From Haliotis rufescens (taxonomy: Eukaryota), in assembly GCF_023055435.1 (NCBI RefSeq), contig NW_025963890.1, positions 37,200,001 through 37,264,000 on the forward strand: a stretch of 64,000 nucleotides of DNA, read 5' to 3'. Below are positions 25,461-38,881 of the stretch, piece after piece; positions within the stretch are counted from its first letter, which is position 1, and each line of letters opens with the position of its first letter. The position numbers were made by a program, and so were the translations under genes. The notes under the pieces are model-generated. The model saw nothing but the letters and a program-made list of their open reading frames with translations. It did not search any database and was not told the origin of the DNA.

Positions 25461-26039
25461 AGTTCATGGGGTGATATCGTTTGTGGGGTATAATTTGTGG
25501 AGTAGCATATGTAAGAGGAATGAATGAACCTGCCGACGTCGAATATTCTAGCTAGGGACACATATTCTAACTGGATTCTCATATTAGACGTGAGTGGGCA
25601 CTTACAAGATTGGGGTACATGGAACATGCTCTGTCCTGGAGTCCCACTGGGCCTTTCCCCAATCCCAATGTATGAATCGAATCCGAGTTAAAATCCAGTG
25701 ATGTCCATACTAACAGAAAATTGTAGCTACGCTTCATATAAAGTTCAATAAAAGTAAACTTATTCTGAAATTAAATAATGCATTTTTCAATACATATTCA
25801 TGGAAACACCTTTTCGACTTTAAGGTCGTGGTTCACAACTTGTACGTGCATGTTAATACACAGTGCACAATTTGGATGTTTGTGTGTTTGTTGGGAGCAT
25901 GATACTCATCCGCGTGTTTTAATGTGAACAGCACACAGCAATTGTTTAGCTATCAAGTGCTCATAAAAACACTTTTGTTTGACCGTAAACAAAACTTACG
26001 CAATGCTGATAGATTGCTGAAAATCAACGTCTTCACGGC

Positions 26040-26575
26040 GTTGTTATGCTGCAAACAGGAATGGCGCAAAACGAAGTTGCCATACATTTTAATGCTCAGC
26101 GAAACATAATATCATCTCTTTGAATACGTTATCTACAGCAGGTCAACACTCTTGAGGTCGACATACTTGAGGCCGGTCGTCCACGTGTGACATCACGTCA
26201 ACAAGACAACCATATTCGGTTAGTGCAACTAGGGAATCGACACAAAACTGCCACATTAACGGCTCGGACATTTCCTAGGTTGAGACCAATTAGTGGCAGA
26301 ACCGTTCTCCACCTGCCGAGCGAGGGCAACATCCGGCACTGACGTCCAGCGATACGCACAAATTCGCTTCCTCGCCAGGCACACGTAGCTTGGTATGGAC
26401 AGCATCTGAGGTACAGAAGACAAGACTGGGACAATATGCTGTTCACAGATAAGTCAAGGTTTTATATGGACAGCTCTGATGGACGTGCAAGGGTCTACAG
26501 TAGTCCAGGAGAATTATTTTGCTACTCTTGTGTCACTGAACGTCGTCAGTTCAGGGGGTGGAAGTATAACGGTAT
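26040..26575 (+). pseudogene. Degenerate Tc1-family transposase remnant
   Basis: Reading across frameshifts: GRPRVTSRQQDNHIRL (AT-hook/HTH linker) ... WDNMLFTDKSRFYMDSSDGRARVY ... GGGSITV, matching the Tc1 W..VLF(T/S)DESRF..DGR.RVWR and GGGS.MVW motifs. Stops and frameshifts present; C-terminal DD34E part missing. Confidence 0.85.
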
Positions 26576-28239
26576 TCCCCGTGATAACATGTCTGGGAAA
26601 AGATGGAACGACGCGTACAACAGGACCAGAACCAGTCGGTAATGCTAGGTCAGTTGGGTCAATCTTTGTTTGACATTTGTAACAACATGCTCTCGGCTGT
26701 CTTCAATGCCCTGCCGTAGACTAACATCTAGTCTCTGAAATGAACATATCGAACAGAAAAAAACAGTTGTTAAATTATATTTTTATATAAAATAATAAAG
26801 AGGAGCCAAGACCTGATACTGCAGAAATCTAGACTTGCTAAACAAACATTATAGACTTGTATGGGCTGTGTTTGATATATTTGTATCAGGGTCTGTAAGA
26901 CAGACTAGCCCTGCCGCTGCCTCGCCTGTATCAACGCAAATGGTGGTCACGTCCGATTTTGACACTTATTTGAGTTGTTACACATCCTTCTTTAAGGGCG
27001 TGTCGCTGTCTCCCGTTACCAGATATCGGTTATGTCACTTAATTTGTTATGATAAGACATTGATCAGACGAATGACCAAGCATTACGTTATTTTCAATAA
27101 CATAAAATTTACACTTTATATGACGCAGTTACGTATTTTGGCTTGTTTATATCATTGTATAAGGTCTTTTTGAAGAACATACCATAATTTAAGATTACCT
27201 CACGAACATATACTGTTTGTAAATGGGATAAATTTGACTTAACGTCGCATAAAGCACTTTAGAATGTATGCAATGAAAATACGTTTTTTTACAGGTGGAT
27301 GTAATAATTGTCATATGACATGAGTTAAGGTGACTTTGTACCACAGTTCCCGTGTTTGTTCAGGTGAACACTTGACTTGACTTGCATTTATTTGTGATGG
27401 GTGAAGCAGGATATGCTCACCTTTGCAAACACCTGTTGTCGTTACTATATGATACGGTCCATAAACACTTGAAAATGGAAAATGTTTTGTTTGGTTTATT
27501 GTTAACATCCTCTTAAAAGTATTTAACTGTTTTAAGCAACATGCCTGTAACATGGTGGCTTGTACTAGTTCAGTCTAGGTTTTATAGGGTTATCCTCTGA
27601 GATGCCCCCAGACTTTTGGTATGAGGTGGACAGGGGATCGATTCAATTACTTCCCACTCCTCCTTCAGACCCTCCAGGCAGGCAGTCGGAAAGGTAGAGG
27701 GTGGAACTAGGGTTGTATTTTTAACTAACATGTTCTGCAGCAGTAATTCAGATGTTTGTCACCTGTGACATATGAATCAAGAATATAAATACATATGTTC
27801 AGCTATTTTTGTGAAGGAAATCATTACACAGACGTTTTCATGGTTAAAACCAACCCAGGGATGAGCACACATGGACATTAGGATAAACACCATTCAGCTT
27901 TGATTATTTTATTTCTTGATGAGACCAGATCATAAATAACATGTACCGATGGTAAATGTGAATCGTAATCTTACAATGTTATGCAACTAAAATGTTTAAC
28001 AAAAAATGTATATATTATATATGATGAAAAAGTGGACGGTATCTATCACAGTCATACACAAAAACACATGGCTCGGACAACCTGCACCCAGTTCTGACAG
28101 AAAACACTATCAGTGAAGGACACGAGTGTAAATATTGACAGCAAGTCATAGAATACATGGTCATTAGTAACAGTAATAACATTGTCAATGGTCACAATGA
28201 CTGCAATGTCAGTGTTCACAGCTACCAAGTGTGAATTGA

Positions 28240-29170
28240 CCAGTATGTCAATGGTAACAGCAACTACGTCAATGGGCAGTGACATCAATGTTGGTGTTCA
28301 CTGATACTCCGGTGCCAATGGACCAGTGATTTCAATGGTAACAGCAACAGCAACCAGTGATGTCAATGGTAACAGCAACAGCAACCAGTGATGTCAATGG
28401 TAACAGCAACAGCAACCAGTGATGTCAATGGTAACAGCAACAACGACCGGGTTGTAAATGGTAACATCAACTACTACATCAATGGTCACCGTGACACCAA
28501 TGTTGGTGGTCACTGCTACTCTGATGTCAATGGACCAGTGATGTCAATGGTAACAGCAACAGCAACCAGTGATGTCAATGGTAACAGCAACAGCAACCAG
28601 TGATGTCAATGGTAACAGCAACCAGTGATGTCAATGGTAACAGCAACAGCAACCAGTGAAGTCAATGGTAACAGCAACAGCAACCGGGTTGTAAATGGTA
28701 ACATCAACTACTACATCAATGGTCACCGTGACATCAATGTTGGTAGTCACTGCTACTCTGATGTCAATGGACCAGTGATGTCAATGGTAACAGCAACAGC
28801 AACCAGTGATGTCAATGGTAACAGCAACAGCAACCAGTGATGTCAATGGTAACAGCAACCAGTTATGTCAATGGTAACAGCAACAGCAACCAGTGAAGTC
28901 AATGGTAACAGCAACAGCGACCGGGTTGTAAATGGTAACATCAACTACTACATCAATGGTCACCGTGACATCAATGTTGGTGGTCACTGCTACTCTGATG
29001 TCAATGGACCAGTGATGTCAATGGTAACAGCAACAGCAACCAGTGATGTCAATGGTAACAGCAACAGCAACCAGGTTGTAAATGGTAACATCAACTACTA
29101 CATCAATGGTCACCGTGACATCAATGTTGGAGGTCACTGCTACTCCAGTGTCAATGGACCAATGGTTGCA
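28240..29170. repeat. Compound repeat: 31-bp ccagtgatgtcaatggtaacagcaacagcaa subunits in ~237-bp higher-order blocks
   Basis: Blocks recur at ~28388, 28625 and 28862. Confidence 0.92.
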
Positions 29171-30245
29171 GTAACATGAAAGTCACCGGTTACACAAACC
29201 AGTGCCAGGACAGTGATGCACACACAGAACACACATAACAAACACTTCATACATATTTGAACAAAAAGTGCCTAGGTACTGCAGCTCACCCTTCTCTTTG
29301 GAATGTCCCACCTTCTTGTCCTCCCATAATACTTTGTGAATGTCTCTACATGAAGCAGCCTAACAATGTCTGGTAGCATCTACTCATTATATACTGTATA
29401 TTATCCACTGACAAGTGATATGCTACATCAACGCTAACTAATGGCATAAAAATATTCTACAGCTGCCTGGCAACCTGAATTTCATTACTTTCCGTTAAAC
29501 ATTCTATCAACTTCACAATGCCAAAAAGCCAGACACATTTGTAAAAAAATTGATCCATATAGAGAAGGCTACTAGCAAAGGGACCACATGGTTGATCAAA
29601 ATTTAGGAGTTATAAATTGAACAATTAATTGAACATCATCAAGGCAGAACATCATCTGTTTCAAAGCTATTCAGTTCAATATTTTGGTTATTTTGGAGGG
29701 ATGACATTGTTGATTATGAATCCAGTCAATACCGACCAGGTGGCCCTTTACTGGTAGCCTTCCCCATATGTTCTTGCTCTTCACGGGCTGAACTTAATTT
29801 TCACCACAGCCAATTCCCTGGCATCCATAGGTTTGTTTCTTTCAGTTAAACATTTGACCAATTCACAATGCCAAACAGCCAGACACATACTATTGAAACA
29901 AACTTGCTCAATATGTTCTTGTTCTTCTATTTCACCAATGCCATGTTGATTTGAATAAACTGAACTAGCAGGTACCCAGGTTCTATTGGATTCATATGAC
30001 TGACACTATCATGAACATCATCATAAATACTATATGGTGATGCAACACAGTCAGATGTTGTCGTCCAGTTGAAGTATACATAAAAAAAGTGGTACATGTT
30101 TTAGTTTTTTGGAAAATTAAAAATGCTGTTGGATAAGTTGCCTTCCTTTTCTGTATCGGACGAATGACTGTCACCTTCCGTGCTTAAGACCAATAGTCCC
30201 CAGGAGCAGGAGCCTGTTCAGCAATGTTATCACATGGTTGTAGAA

Positions 30246-30519
30246 TGAGTGAGCGTATTGGGTTTAACGCTGCTTACAGTATTCCAGTTATATCACCAGA
30301 TGTCAGCTCATGTCAGAGGAAAGCCTGAAGTGATGCAGGTATCAGACGTTTATCACTTTGTTAAAATCCTCGACCGCAGGTATGGTGCTGACAAACCTAG
30401 AAACATAATCAGGGCAAATGAGGATTCGAACCCACAATTATAGATTTCTGGCAAGCCAAAGGGACGTAACTCTGCACAACAAATTACGGTGACTTAGACA
30501 CCTGAGGATCCCGTGCCCT
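30246..30519 (-). mobile_element. SINE family B
   Basis: Reverse complement matches 11316-11578. Confidence 0.78.
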
Positions 30520-31727
30520 CAAGAAGGTTGTTGAGGTTTTGCAGGTACCGCTAACTTGACACACAACACACCTATAATCATTTGTTTACACGTTTGGCCG
30601 ATAGATGTGTGCTTTTTGTTATACTACATAAACAGATCTTTGTGGGCCCATGCAACGACATACATTGGTCTTTGTGGGCAGGTTACATTACATTCACATA
30701 TGGGGCACCTGCTACAAAATACATTATATACACAGAGCTTTGTGGGCATATGCCATTACATTGACAAACAGGGCACTGCCATATAATACATTATACATAC
30801 AGTGCTTTGTGGGCACGTGCCATTAAATTCACATACAGGGCACAGCCACAAAATACATTATATATACAGATATTGTGATCATGTGCTTCCATATACCTTC
30901 CCTCAGCCTTTCGGCCTGAGAGATGTTAATAAAAGTCAAGACAATAGTAATACTGTTCCTAAACCTTGTCTCACACCAGCGAAGACAAATTATTGGCTTG
31001 TGGTCCAACACATTCAATACACAGACATACAAGCACATGTCCAGGACACTATCATCATCTGTACAGCTGGAATGTAATCAGACTCAAATGCAACACAGGA
31101 ATAAATATTTTAGTCAGTGACTGTGAATGTTGCAACGGTTGGTAACATGCTGACAGTGACTGGTGGTGCCCCTGTTGGTGACACATGCAGATGATGACTG
31201 GCGACAGGGTGACATCCCTGCAGATATCTAGGAATCAGGACGTCACTATTCCTTGTAAAACAGTAAACCTTACTTAAAACTTAATGAGACTAAAAACAAC
31301 TCAACACCAAATGAATCAATGAATAAATAAAAACATGTATTTCATGGTATGCTTTCGAAAGGAATGATGCGTTTAAAAAGGTTCCCTGGCAATCGAACCA
31401 ATTCCTTGGCAACAGAACCAATTTTAGATCACAGCCAGGTCTCTGGTCAGACGTGTAACTGAGGTTTGGTCAGGTTTCAGTGTAAATAGTCACACACATG
31501 ACAGTAGGTGTCCCCTTGCCTCACCACATTATGTACAAATACAAGTGATATCCTGGCATCAGTAAGCTTCAGATGGTGCTCTGCTGAACAACACACAGTG
31601 AACATGATGATCTTCCTATGTACAAAGGTTGCAGTCTGAGTCGACTCCTTTGCCTGCTTGCTCCCTCACTGACTCCATCTCTGGCTCCCTGCTGGCTCCA
31701 TCTATGTACACACAGCGTCTCAGACAC

Positions 31728-31916
31728 TCAAGTCTTTTTACTCTGAATGGCTGCCAGCCCACTGGCACTTATGGTTCCGAATGACTGTGTGTAACTGCCG
31801 AAGCTAGCTTTGTGTGCTCCTGTAGATGGGTTATTGACGGCATTACTGAACTGCTTGCGTCCATACACAGGCTTGGGGCGGGGGTTGGATGCTGACGAGG
31901 GCCGCTGTCCGGGGAC
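31728..31916 (-). CDS. MAPK15: MAPK15 exon 13 (VPGQRPSS...YGRKQF...ASFGSYTQSFGTISASGLAAIQSKKT*)
   Basis: ccAG acceptor, phase 0, conserved C-terminal motif, TGA at 31730-31728. Confidence 0.85.
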   Translation of the reverse strand, partial: VPGQRPSSASNPRPKPVYGRKQFSNAVNNPSTGAHKASFGSYTQSFGTISASGLAAIQSKKT

Positions 31917-33713
31917 CTGGGTACAAAGTCAGATAGATCAGTTTGTTGTTTGTCGTTTAATGCAAAAATCAGAAATATTGATGTAGACCTGTAAATAATT
32001 GAGTTTGGACCATACAAACCAGTGATTGATATTATGAGCAACTGTCTGTGTACGAGGACATGCAAGCAACTTAAGTCATTGAGCCTTAAGACAAAGTTAT
32101 TAAAGTATGATCACAGTGGGTGGCAGATCCAGGGGATTGTGGGGTGGAGGGGTTTGTGGGTGTGTTTGTGGGTAGGTGTGGGGTGTGTGTATGGGGTGTG
32201 GTGTGGTGGGGTCATAGGGTCATGGCCCCCTTTTGAAAATAACATTTTTATATTGTCAACATCCTTGATACTCCAGTGTATTATATCTGCATTCAAGTTT
32301 GATAAATATACTAGATCCATTCACCATCATTTGTTTCCATCGTCCTTATCTCTCACTTAGCTCAGAATTTCTCTCGACCATGTAACCATCATCTTGAATC
32401 CTTGCAGAAGTTATGATAAATGAGGTAAGCATTGGCTTTCATCTATTATGCATTATTTTGATAACATATTGATTTATGATACCTGCTTAATTCCCTTTTC
32501 ACAAAAAACAATCTAAAACTTAATCTCAAATTCCAATTCAAAGAATGTCCATTGATTCCACAATTTCAGTAGAGTGCAAGAGAGAAACTTCAAAGTAATC
32601 GTTTGATAAATAGATGCCATCATCATTCAATTGGCAAAAAAGAATCATTCAAAATACGAATCTGTACACAACATTTACCAGAGATGTTGTAATATTTTAG
32701 GGGTGATTCAATCAACAATCAGCTCATTCAACACATTCTTGTGGCAGCCATTTTGAGTTTGGAATAGAATTTGTTGTATTGAAGAATCATATAAGCATCC
32801 GGCCAACACTTGAATACAACAATATGGTTTTGTTGACAGAAAAAGGAAACCGTTCCACTATTCACTTGCTGATTCTCAAGTCTCAAGCTTCATTTCTGTA
32901 AGAGAGTTGTTTTTAATGCTGCTTTGTGGTGTGTGCTTTTAGCAGCATCAGTGATCGAAATTAAACATGAAAATCAAAGGGTAGTTATCCCTATGTGAAA
33001 GGTTTAACATCAAGTGTATCCCCAGATTCAAATGCCTTAGGCATTTGTTAGGAGAAGACCTCAAGGATCCCAGGACCCCTTAAGTTTCAGCACTGAACAT
33101 TCTAGCAATTGGCTTCACACATTGTATAGTCTGGAAGGTAATTTAAGGTACCGACGTTTACTACAATATCTGAAAAACTATCGGACCTACTCCAGTCAAA
33201 GTTGGTATGAGATTATTAAACAGTCATACATAACTGGATATTACATTTAAAGACAATCAGTGCATGAATAAAAAATCTGTCTATTTAGCTATCAATATAT
33301 TTCATCAACAACCAGACCTGTTCGTCACGGGTGGAACGAGCATTTATTGTAACAGCCATCTGCATAATGCTACCCCTGCGTCACAGGGCCATATGGCCAT
33401 ATGGCTGTTTCAATGAATGCTCGTCGTAAACGTCGGTACCTTAAATTACCGTCCAGACTATACACATGTGGACGCTTAGCAGTTTGGTGAGAAACCCACA
33501 AGCACTTACATGTTTCTGAGAAACCATGGGCCATAATCAGGTCCAATCTGGCATGGGAAATGGATGTCACACTACACAGTTAAAGCCAAGCTAACTTACT
33601 CCTCAATTTCTGGTAAACAGGATAAAGTAAGATATAACAATTTTTGATTCAATCATAAATTGATGATTTGCTTTCCTACATTTACGACTTGACAAAATAG
33701 AACAAATTCTTAC

Positions 33714-33902
33714 CATTCGTGAGCTTGTGACGGTCAAACCGCCACCGCCACCGCCACCCCCAGACCCCTGACGCTCCTCCCCACCCCGGGTTATCACAGG
33801 GTTTCTGTAGGCACCAGATATTGGGCGGCCTTGACCCCGGGTCACTGCTGGGGCTGATGCTTGGCGGTTCTTCTGGTTTTGCTGGATTGGAGGATATGGG
33901 TC
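33714..33902 (-). CDS. MAPK15: MAPK15 exon 12 (DPYPPIQQ...GGGGGGGG...SSRM)
   Basis: acAG acceptor and gtaaga donor, 189 nt, phase 0/0. Confidence 0.75.
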
Positions 33903-34526
33903 CTGTACAAACATCATAATTAATATAACTCCAATCTTTGCCTTAGGCTTTATCATTTAAAACAAATTATTTCAGGTAACACATCCTTAGGAACCCTAAA
34001 ATGTTACTCTGAAAATGTTGACTTTTTCAGAAAGGAAAACACACAAATCATAGGACCAGTGCATAAGAAGTTTCACCAACCCCAACACAAAGGGAGGGAT
34101 TGTTGAACTGGCATGATTTTTCTAGAATTTCACCTTGTTTTACCAGTGCCTTTGATTCTGTTCACTATCATAGAAGAATGATGATTACAGCTGTTATGTA
34201 TTGACCTGAAGTGTAAATCTCATGGAAATATTTGTTGGATGCACCACTACCCTCAAAATGACATAAAAATTTTGAACCCTTCCCAAACATGGTTAAATTT
34301 CTGAATTATTTCCCAACAACTATTTCAAACCTTACAAACAGAGGACCTATATCTGTGGCGCTTGAGAGAGAGGGACTAAGTTGGTGGTTAGAGAGAGGAC
34401 CAAAACTGAGAATGAGGGCCTACCCTATCCATGATAGACTTCATGGACAGTGACAGATAAGACGTAAACTGCTGGTGAGAGAGAGGACCTAAATTGGTTG
34501 GGGGTGAGTAAGAACCCACACTGGAG

Positions 34527-34727
34527 TGATTGATTGATTGCTTGATTGCTTGATTGCTTGATTGCTTGAGTATGGTTTTATGCCGCTTTTAGCAATATTC
34601 CAGCAATATCACAGCAGGGGACACCGGAAATGGGCTTCGCACATTGTACCCATGTCAGGATTCGAACCCGGGTCTTTGGCGCGACGAGCGAATGCTATAA
34701 CCACTAGGCTACCCGACCCCCCAGCCT
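34527..34727 (-). mobile_element. SINE family C with (GATTGCTT)n tail
   Basis: tRNA head at the right end; TSD acactggag at 34518-34526 and 34728-34736. Confidence 0.82.
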
Positions 34728-34797
34728 ACACTGGAGATTAGAGGGGACAGGAGGCTTATATTAGTGACTGTGTTTGAGAGAGAAAGGTGGCACTTAC

Positions 34798-34904
34798 ATT
34801 GGAGGCGAGAGAGTGTTGCTGCCCATTAAGGTAGTCCAGACTACGTTGCCTCATCAGGGCCTTCTGCTGAGCTTCATGGGTTGTTGTTCGACCAAATGCG
34901 ACAT
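34798..34904 (-). CDS. MAPK15: MAPK15 exon 11 (NVAFGRTTTHEAQQK...LASN)
   Basis: ttacAG acceptor and gtaagt donor, phase 1/0, open frame. Confidence 0.72.
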
Positions 34905-35014
34905 CTGTAAAGGCAATTTGACATCAGTAAGACATCAGTATCCAAACAGATACAAAAATGACAAAATGAAAATGAAACAAACTATTCTAATATTGGAATG
35001 CTGTGTGCATAGGA

Positions 35015-35402
35015 CAGTAGAACACGAATATAATGAACATGGAAAAAGCAAACAAACGGATACATCAAACTGTTAAAAAATCCCTGATTTATCTCCTATA
35101 TAATATCATATAAAATTTACGCATATAACGGACTCTCTACAGCCAACTAACAGATACAGCGAACTGATATCTGATCACCAGCAAGCCCATCTACCAGTAA
35201 TTAGTGACGTGTATAGTGAACTAAGAAATCTCACTCAGTGTCAAGTGTCACTGAAACAAGTCAATGCTGCAATTACGTGTATTGTGTTTTGTTTTATCCA
35301 AGATGGTGGACGTTTCTGAGACGAAAATGTATTTAACGAACAACGGATATAACAAACTGATTTCTCTGGTCCCTTGTAGTTCGTTATATCCATGTTCTAC
35401 TG
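35015..35402. mobile_element. Tc1/mariner-pogo-type MITE
   Basis: Imperfect TIRs cagtagaacacgaatataatgaac / gttcgttatatccatgttctactg, with TA on the right flank. Confidence 0.7.
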
Positions 35403-35455
35403 TAGGAGGATATAGGAGGCATTTGCTTTATTTGGTGAAGACTTGGGATATTTAC

Positions 35456-35690
35456 TTGTGAAGGAGGAGTGGTGTCGGTTGTCAACGAGGCCTCCCCTGG
35501 ATGCAGACTTGGGGGAGGGGCCTGACACGTTTTCCTTCATAGCGGGATCCTGGTGGGGAGGGGAGAGGTTGCTGCTGGAGTCTCCAGCGGCCATCAATGT
35601 TTGTTGCTGCTGCTGCAGTTGTCTCTGCTGCGCACTCCGTGACTCTTCCCGTCGGCGTCGACGACGTTCTGCTTTCTTTTGCATGATCAT
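35456..35690 (-). CDS. MAPK15: MAPK15 exon 10 (MIMQKKAERRRRRREE...HHSSFT)
   Basis: gtAG acceptor in phase 0 after LYE. The donor A|gtaaat is weak but gives the phase exon 11 needs. Confidence 0.75.
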
Positions 35691-35807
35691 CTACAATGGC
35701 CAGGATGTGATGTCTCGCAATTGTATAAAAATTGAACACATTTCTTGGGTTGGAAACTTCCATGTTTATCAATGCTTTGAACAGTATTGCAGTTCTATCA
35801 TGGTGTC

Positions 35808-36032
35808 TCAGCTTAATGTGGGAGGAAAGCATGAAATGATGCAGGTCTCAGCAATTTGCACCTTTGGTTAAACCCACGAGCATGAGCATAGGTAGGGTCC
35901 TGACAAACCTAGAAACATAATCGGGGCGAACCGGGATTCGAACCCACAATCATAGGTTTCTTGTGTGCACGAGAGACACAACTCTGCACAGCGAATTGCA
36001 GTGCCCAAGATAACTGTGGCATCTGTGCCCCC
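35808..36032 (-). mobile_element. SINE family B
   Basis: Reverse complement matches the family B head and body. Confidence 0.75.
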
Positions 36033-36249
36033 TGTAATGATGGAATACAATTGTTTCATATTATATTGACATGGACTGAATGTTTCCCTAGACCATGTCA
36101 GACTCTATACACTGCGTACTGTTCCTTTTGTTTGTTTGTTATTTTAACATTGCAGCCCCAGTCAGCAATATTTCAGCTATATCAAGGCAGCTAGTAAATA
36201 ATCGAGTCTGGGTCAGACTGACGGGTAATTCACATTAAGACAAAATGAT

Positions 36250-36470
36250 TTGTTTACTTGGTTTGTTTGTTGCTTAACGCAGCACTCAGCAATAGTCCAG
36301 CTATATGATGGCGGTCTGTAAATAATAGAGTCTGGACCATACAATCCAGTGATTGATATCATGAGCATCAATCCACACAATTGGCATATGTTGACATGCA
36401 TCAACCAAGTCAGCGAGCCTGACCACCTGATCCTTAGTCGCCTCTTACGACAAGCATAGTCGCCTTTGAT
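36250..36470 (-). mobile_element. Retroposon family D copy (adjacent fragment at ~36130-36210)
   Basis: ttagtcgcctcttacgacaagcat motif and family D tail. Confidence 0.78.
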
Positions 36471-36520
36471 GAAGTCCAGAAGCAATAGCAATAGAGTGCT
36501 TCCCAGAGCCCACTCCTCAC

Positions 36521-36626
36521 CTCATACAGCATACTCCGATATTCATCCACGGAGCGCTGGACATCATCACTAAGTGGAGGGACCACATCATAACTAAGCG
36601 ACAGCTCTTCTGACGTGTTGTGAAAT
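36521..36626 (-). CDS. MAPK15: MAPK15 exon 9 (RFHNTSEE...PPLSDDVQRSVDEYRSMLYE)
   Basis: Conserved MAPK15 post-kinase segment; ctAG acceptor and gtgagg donor. Confidence 0.9.
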
Positions 36627-37187
36627 CTAGGATGCAAGGCAAACATTTAGAAGCAGTTCAAAAGGTCCATGTCAAATAATTATTTTTGAAGTTTTGAGAC
36701 ATACCCCAACATCCCCAATGAAAGGTGATTATGAAAATTTTGACAAGCTCAAGGAGATTTTCAGAAAGAATAACAAAGAAATCATAGTACAGCTGCAAAA
36801 TGTTTTTGAAATCCTTGGACAACAGAAGTTGTGGAGTAGGAAACTACCTCAATCTTCCTGGGGAAACTTTGACTCTAGGGCATGGTTATTGGATAGGCAG
36901 TTTGTGTACCAATAGACAAGACTTCCCAAAATAGCATTACAGATTAAATGAAAATTGGAACAAGTAAAATCTGTAAAGCACTATTTCTTCTCCTCCAAAA
37001 TGCAAACCAAACTATTTGTGCATACAAGTCAAAGGTAAACTGCAAGACAACAGATTGTGATCACTGGTGATAGGTTAAATGATGGTACAAGTGTAAGTAT
37101 CACTACAGACATGATAACATATTTAGATAACTTTCTGATATAAAGAAATGCCAAATGTTTGTGATGTTTGTTTCCACCTATTGACCT

Positions 37188-37286
37188 GGGCCGACTTGCA
37201 CAAAGCGATCTTAGTGCTACAACTACCTTAGTCTAAGTTAGAGTATGGGAGTTACGATCCTCTGAGCGCTAAGTGCAAGTGGGCCC
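37188..37286. mobile_element. ~100-bp MITE (PIF/Harbinger-like GGGCC ends)
   Basis: TIRs gggccgacttgcac / gtgcaagtgggccc. Confidence 0.55.
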
Positions 37287-37319
37287 TGGATCTTTCACAC
37301 AATATATCTGTAAACACAC

Positions 37320-37454
37320 CTTTCTACATATGGGTGGCGGACTGCTTCATCTGCTGTGATGCGCTTGTCGGGGTTGAAGTGCAAGAGGCGACGCACAAGG
37401 TCAATGGCCTCTGGCGGGCTTTCTGGCAACATGTCCTCTATCCTCCTTTTTGGT
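37320..37454 (-). CDS. MAPK15: MAPK15 exon 8 (PKRRIEDMLPESPPEAIDLVRRLLHFNPDKRITADEAVRHPYVE)
   Basis: Kinase subdomain XI; gcAG acceptor and gtgtgt donor. Not in the ORF track. Confidence 0.92.
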
Positions 37455-37769
37455 CTGCAACCATGGCAACACAGAAATAGTTAATTACAGAATACAAAAC
37501 TGCAGACAACTAGGAAGCTTAAACAGTATCTGCCAATGATTTGCGGAGTTTTTTGATTAACTGAGCACTTTTGAGACAGACCCAAGGGACACAACTCTGC
37601 ACAACGAATTTTGGCTGATGACTGAGGCCCTATGAGACCATCCATTTAGGATCTAATAGGACACTGAACATATCTTCCTCAGGATGAATAAACAGAACAT
37701 TTGATTATCTTGGATCTAGATATGTTCCTGTAGCATAAAGAAACTGAGCACATATCAACTATTTGTCTG

Positions 37770-37995
37770 CTTCTTTGATGTTGAACACTACACTCAATAT
37801 TCCAGCTATAGGATGGTGGTGTGTAAATAATTGAGTCTGGACTACATAATCCAGTGATTGACATCATGAGCATCCATACATGCAATTGGGATATGATTAC
37901 ATGACTCAACCAAGTCAGCGAGCCTGACCATCTGATCCTGTTAGTTGCCTCTTATGACAAGCATTGATTGCTGAAGACCAATTCTAACCCAGGCC
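37770..37995 (-). mobile_element. Retroposon family D copy
   Basis: Similar to 52619-52882. Confidence 0.75.
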
Positions 37996-38178
37996 TATCA
38001 GCTAGGATCCAATGACAACAGTTTCCGAATGGATATGCTGTTCACAAAATCTTCAAGAATCTTGACTAGTTCAAATCAGGATTACTTCATCCAGAAAAAT
38101 CTAAACAATGCTGAAAGCAGGAAGTTGTTTGAGATCTGAGACACAGTGTTATATTCCCAGAACTAAGTGTAGCCTCAC

Positions 38179-38236
38179 CTCATAGCAGCTTTCTCTAACA
38201 CAGACGACCCGTAGGCGGACTTGATGCTCTCGATGT
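38179..38236 (-). CDS. MAPK15: MAPK15 exon 7 (DIESIKSAYGSSVLEKAAMR)
   Basis: 58-nt exon, ccAG acceptor and gtgagg donor; phases 1/2 fit both neighbours. Confidence 0.88.
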
Positions 38237-38736
38237 CTGGAAGGATAACATGAGAAGCATTACTACACCAGCATGTGTATCTCACCTCCTGGCTGGAGTC
38301 CTGCCTGTCATCAATGTCACACAAGTACATGCACTCTGAACACAATCAAACATTTCTGCTGAAAACAGCCCAATGAGGTGACCCGTAGCCAGTTTGGCCT
38401 GTTGACCTTGCTAGCATTTGGCTGTCACGTGATGTAAACATCCTAGTCAACAACCATTGACACCTTGTCAGATGCAGAAAGTTGCAGAAAAATGGTGACC
38501 TGGTAAAGGTAAATGTTAGATCACTAATATTTCTTTTAGCAAATTCAATGACCGCTTGTAGTCAATGCTTGCCATGACCACTGGTACCCTCGTGCTTTTG
38601 TTTACAGTCCCCATGTTGAAACTATATTTTCAAAACCTTGTTGAATACAAGTGTCTTTTGATTATACAATAAGTACTTAAATGTAAATAAGTAGGAATTA
38701 TAAAGGTGTTTGCTGACGACTGGCAACACTACTTAC

Positions 38737-38876
38737 CTCCCCTTGAGGGTGCAGGGATAGAGGCCATGATCCTCTCGATCTGGTTGATGGTGGACGACCC
38801 TGGAAACAGAGGCTTGTTTATCAACATCTCCCCCAGGATACAGCCCAGACTCCACATGTCCACACCCTTGGTGTAC
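38737..38876 (-). CDS. MAPK15: MAPK15 exon 6 ([18 protein letters not shown]...[15 protein letters not shown])
   Basis: Kinase subdomains IX-X; tcAG acceptor and gtaagt donor. Confidence 0.95.
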
Positions 38877-38881
38877 CTGAA

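Noticed and set aside
28388-29179. Asn/Gly-rich ORFs resembling shell-matrix proteins
   Set aside because: Short, stop-interrupted frames of a compound tandem repeat, with no signal peptide or exon boundaries.
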